A DNA stretch of 41,077 nucleotides from Chloroflexota bacterium (lineage in GTDB: Bacteria; Chloroflexota; UBA6077; FW602-bin22; JACPQP01): contig JACPQP010000183.1 of assembly GCA_016190465.1 (NCBI GenBank), positions 1 to 41,077 on the forward strand, given 5' to 3'. Both the position numbers and the translations under genes were made by a program. The notes beneath the pieces are model-generated. The model was given only the letters and a program-made list of their open reading frames with translations. It did no database searches and was not told where the DNA came from. This document shows positions 38,141 to 41,077 of this stretch, piece after piece (the stretch's first letter is position 1; the number at the start of each line of letters is the position of its first letter).

Positions 38141-39703
38141 TCACCTTGCCACCACCGCCCGGATCCGCCTCACCTCCGGCACCCCCAGCAGCGCGCACGC
38201 GCCAACGTAGACCAGCGCTGCGAGGACGATCTGTCCCGCCAGCAGCACGGCCTGCGCGAGCAACCCTGGCCCGAACCAGGGGGCCAGTGTTGGGCCGATC
38301 TCGACCAGCGCGAGTCCCATGAGCGCCGCCGCGACGCCGTTTCGGAGCAATGCGCCGCCGAGCTCGGGCTGCGCCACGCCGGGGAGCCGCTGCGTACCCA
38401 GCCCGAACAGCGCCACCGCCTCCAGCAGGCTGGCCACCGCCAGCGCCAGCGCCAGGGCGCGATAGCCGAGCGCCGGCAGCAGCGCCACCGCCAGCGCGGC
38501 GTTCAGCACCATCGCCAGCCCGGCGACGGCGACCGGCGTGCGGGTGTCCTGAAGCGCGTAGAACGCCCGCGTCACGATCTCCACCACGGCCATGCCGATC
38601 AGCCCGATCGCGTAGAGCTGGAGCGCGCCGGCCACCGCCTCGGTCGAGGCCAACTGGAAGCTCCCCCGCTCGAAGAGCACCCGCACGATCGGCTGGGCCA
38701 GGATGACCAGGCCCACACCGGCCGGAATGGTCAGGAACAGTACGACCCGGAGCGTGTCGACCACCGTGCGCTCCATGGCCGCGAGCTGCGCCCGGGCGGT
38801 CTGGTCGGCCAGCGACGGGAACACCGCGGTACCGATCGCCATCGCGAAGATGCCCAGGGGCAGCATCGTGAGCTGCCAGGCGTAGTTGAGGGCCGCGGTC
38901 GCGCCGGGGATGCCCGACGCCAGGTACAGTGTGACGACGAAGTTGACCTGGACGATACCGAGGCCGAGGACCCGGGGCAGCATCAGCGTCCCCACCCGCC
39001 GGACGCCGGGATGGGCCAGCGCCAGGATCGGGCGGTAGACCATGCGCACCTGATAGAGGCCCGGAAGCTGGATGAGCAAGAAGCCGAGCGAGCCCAGCGT
39101 GGCGCCGAGGGCCAACCCCCGGATCCCCAAGGTCGGGGCCAGGACGAGCGCGCCGAAGATGATCCCCGCGTTGTAGGTCGTCGGCGCGAGCGAGGCCAGG
39201 AAGAAGCGATTGAACGAGTTGAGCAGGCTACTGGTGAAACAGCCGATGGTGAAGAACAGCGGCGAGATCAACAGGATGCGGGCCAGGTCGCCGGCCAGCG
39301 CCTGGTACTCCGGCTCGAACTCCGGCGCCATCACCCCCATCAGCCAGGGCGCGACGAACAACAGGACGACGACGAGCGGGCTCAACACGACGATCGCCAG
39401 GTTGAAGAGCGTGCTGACCAGCGCCCAGACCTGGTCCGGCGCGTCGTCGGCCAGGTGCTGCTTGACGACCGGGATGAACGCCGAGGCGACGGCCCCCCCC
39501 GCCACGATCTGGAACAGCAGGTCGGGGATCCGGATGCCCGCCACGAAGGCGTCCATCTCGCGCCCGGTCCCGAACTGGTAGGTCACCGCGACATTGCGCA
39601 CCAGCCCGGAGACGCGGCTCAGCACGAACGCCGCCATCAGGATCAGCGCCGCCCCCGCGAGGCTGAGGGTAGGGCGCCCCCCAGGCAGATCACCTTCTCT
39701 CAT
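38141..39703 (-). CDS. murJ: Lipid II flippase MurJ (MviN)
   Basis: N-terminal MurJ signature AAFVLSRVSGLVRNVAVTYQFGTGREMDAFVAGIRIPDLLFQIVAGGAVASAFIPV and about 14 hydrophobic segments. Its ATG overlaps the TGA of gatD (TGATG). Confidence 0.88.
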   Translation of the reverse strand: MREGDLPGGRPTLSLAGAALILMAAFVLSRVSGLVRNVAVTYQFGTGREMDAFVAGIRIPDLLFQIVAGGAVASAFIPVVKQHLADDAPDQVWALVSTLFNLAIVVLSPLVVVLLFVAPWLMGVMAPEFEPEYQALAGDLARILLISPLFFTIGCFTSSLLNSFNRFFLASLAPTTYNAGIIFGALVLAPTLGIRGLALGATLGSLGFLLIQLPGLYQVRMVYRPILALAHPGVRRVGTLMLPRVLGLGIVQVNFVVTLYLASGIPGATAALNYAWQLTMLPLGIFAMAIGTAVFPSLADQTARAQLAAMERTVVDTLRVVLFLTIPAGVGLVILAQPIVRVLFERGSFQLASTEAVAGALQLYAIGLIGMAVVEIVTRAFYALQDTRTPVAVAGLAMVLNAALAVALLPALGYRALALALAVASLLEAVALFGLGTQRLPGVAQPELGGALLRNGVAAALMGLALVEIGPTLAPWFGPGLLAQAVLLAGQIVLAALVYVGACALLGVPEVRRIRAVVAR

Positions 39704-40464
39704 CAGATGGCCCCGGATCTCAGCCGGCCGCGCTGTCGGATCCGGGCTACGACGGCCTCGTGCGCGGCGCGCTCCTCGTCGTCCGCCAGCAGCTCGAGCG
39801 TAACGGGCTGCCCGGTCCGACGCGCCAGCGCCAGCCGCAGCAGGTGGTCGGCGAACGCGGGGTTCTTCGGCAGGAGCGACCCGTGCAGGTAGCAGCCGAA
39901 CGCATTGCGGGAGACGGCGCCTTCGCCGCCATCCTCGCCATTGTTGCCGCAGCCAACCAGCACTCGTCCCAGCGCCCGGCAACCCGGCCCGAGGTAGGTG
40001 CGCCCGCTGTGGTTCTCGAAGCCGGCCAGCGTGCGCCGATCGCCCATCACCTCGGTCTCGGCCAGGACATCCCCGATGAAGCGCCGGTTGCCGGCCACCG
40101 TATAGGCGTCGAACACGCCGATCCCCGGCAGCGTCGTGCCCTCGCCGGTGCGGAAGTAGTGCCCGAGCAACTGGTAGCCGCCGCAGATCGAGAGCACGAC
40201 CAGCCCCTCCTCCACCGCCCGCACCAGGTCACGGCCCTTCGCGGTCTGAAGGTCACGGCTGACGGCGACCTGCTCCCTGTCCTGCCCGCCGCCGATGAAG
40301 GCGATGTCCGCCGCCGCGAAGTCGGCCGGCTCCCCCACGCCCGCCTCCCGGACCTCCACGGCGATCCCCCGCCACTCGGCCCGCCGCGCCAGCGCGATCA
40401 CGTTGCCCCGATCGCCGTAGATGTTCATCCCCGCCGGATACAGGTACAGAACGACCAGTCGCAT
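39703..40464 (-). CDS. gatD: Lipid II isoglutaminyl synthase, glutamine amidotransferase subunit GatD (CobQ-type GATase)
   Basis: MRLVVLYLYPAGMNIYGDRGNVIAL..., catalytic-Cys block LSICGGYQLLG and His block FGCYLHGSLLPKNP. Its ATG overlaps the TGA of murT (TGATG). Confidence 0.85.
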   Translation of the reverse strand: MRLVVLYLYPAGMNIYGDRGNVIALARRAEWRGIAVEVREAGVGEPADFAAADIAFIGGGQDREQVAVSRDLQTAKGRDLVRAVEEGLVVLSICGGYQLLGHYFRTGEGTTLPGIGVFDAYTVAGNRRFIGDVLAETEVMGDRRTLAGFENHSGRTYLGPGCRALGRVLVGCGNNGEDGGEGAVSRNAFGCYLHGSLLPKNPAFADHLLRLALARRTGQPVTLELLADDEERAAHEAVVARIRQRGRLRSGAI

Positions 40465-41077
40465 CAGTTCTCCCAGAAACCGCGGACCAGCCCGCGCTGG
40501 GCGAGCACCTGGCGCACCGCGAGCATCGCCGTGTAGGAGGGAAGGATGTACAGCGTCTCGCCGGGCTCGGCGGCGGCGATGGCCGCGTCGATGGCGGCGG
40601 CCGGATCTCCGACATGGCGTAGTTGCTCGACCGGTAGGCCGGCGTATTTCAGCCGCACGCGCAGGTCCTCGCCCCGGGTCCCGCCGCAGATCACCCCTCG
40701 CACCCGCCCCCGCAGCCACTCGAAATCGACGTCCCACAGCCACGAGATGTCGGTGCCATCGGCGAAGTTGTCGTTGATGAGGATCAGCGCGGGCGGTCGC
40801 TTCTCACCGCCATCCGTTCCCGGGCTCGCTCCCGGGCTCGCAAACAGCGTGCGCAGCACCTGGTTGAAGCCGACCGGATTCTTGACCAGCGCGAGGACGA
40901 CGGTCCGCTCCCTGACGACGATCCGCTCCAGACGGCCGAACGCCGCCGCGAACCCCTCGACGCCCCGGCCGATCGCCGGCACGTCGGCGCCGAGCGCCCG
41001 GGCCGCCGTGATGGCGGCCAATACGTTGTAGACGTTGTACAGGCCCGAGAGCGGCACGGCCAGCGAGAGCGTCTGGC
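40464..41077 (-). CDS. murT: Lipid II isoglutaminyl synthase ligase subunit MurT, C-terminal part (5' end lies beyond the window)
   Basis: Mur-ligase C-terminal pattern GLYNVYNVLAAITAARALG...FGRLERI and the DUF1727 block LILINDNFADGTDISWLWDVDFE. The frame is open to the window edge. Confidence 0.8.
   Translation of the reverse strand, partial: QTLSLAVPLSGLYNVYNVLAAITAARALGADVPAIGRGVEGFAAAFGRLERIVVRERTVVLALVKNPVGFNQVLRTLFASPGASPGTDGGEKRPPALILINDNFADGTDISWLWDVDFEWLRGRVRGVICGGTRGEDLRVRLKYAGLPVEQLRHVGDPAAAIDAAIAAAEPGETLYILPSYTAMLAVRQVLAQRGLVRGFWEN

Noticed and set aside
1-41077. A scan for tRNA, rRNA, tmRNA, transposase or integrase genes and long terminal inverted repeats that would mark a mobile element or genomic island border.
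   Set aside because: I recognised none by eye. The only accessory-looking signals are the lower-GC methyltransferase patch and the HEPN remnant, and neither has identifiable att sites or recombinase genes.

Overview
A 41-kb, high-GC bacterial chromosomal segment (about two-thirds G+C by eye). It has one visibly lower-GC patch at about 35.6-37.0 kb. I found no rRNA, tRNA, CRISPR array or transposase.

Coding content, in order:
- A benzoylformate-decarboxylase-like ThDP enzyme.
- A hybrid histidine kinase, convergent with and overlapping an unusual HTH / degenerate-HATPase / receiver protein.
- A long + strand glycan-utilisation unit: GH2, a CUT1-type ABC binding protein plus two permeases with no ATPase, GH36 alpha-galactosidase, an HpcH aldolase, a D-2-hydroxyacid dehydrogenase and two URO-D-family paralogs.
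- An orphan SWIM zinc-finger protein, a MazEF-type toxin-antitoxin pair and a receiver-degenerate-GGDEF protein.
- A second catabolic locus: amidohydrolase_2, VOC, three xylose-isomerase-like TIM-barrel genes, a second ATPase-less ABC importer, IclR, a PF14100/DUF6807 protein and a Gfo/Idh/MocA oxidoreductase.
- A 5'-truncated HEPN remnant, a short-form threonine/serine dehydratase, and an orphan beta-class DNA methyltransferase with a near-consensus promoter.
- A third URO-D paralog, then a translationally overlapped murT-gatD-murJ operon.

Observations I consider most worth follow-up:
1. An ~89-bp two-hairpin repeat, present as tandem copies in the predicted 5' leaders of three + strand transcription units.
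2. The IclR / PF14100 / Gfo-Idh-MocA / triple-TIM-barrel / ABC / VOC locus, as a candidate uncharacterised oxidative (keto-intermediate) glycoside or anhydro-sugar pathway.
3. Three URO-D-fold paralogs with no corrinoid or heme context.
4. Short tandem-repeat upstream ORFs that overlap the start codons of two genes.

All functional calls rest on motif recognition by eye. No database search was run.
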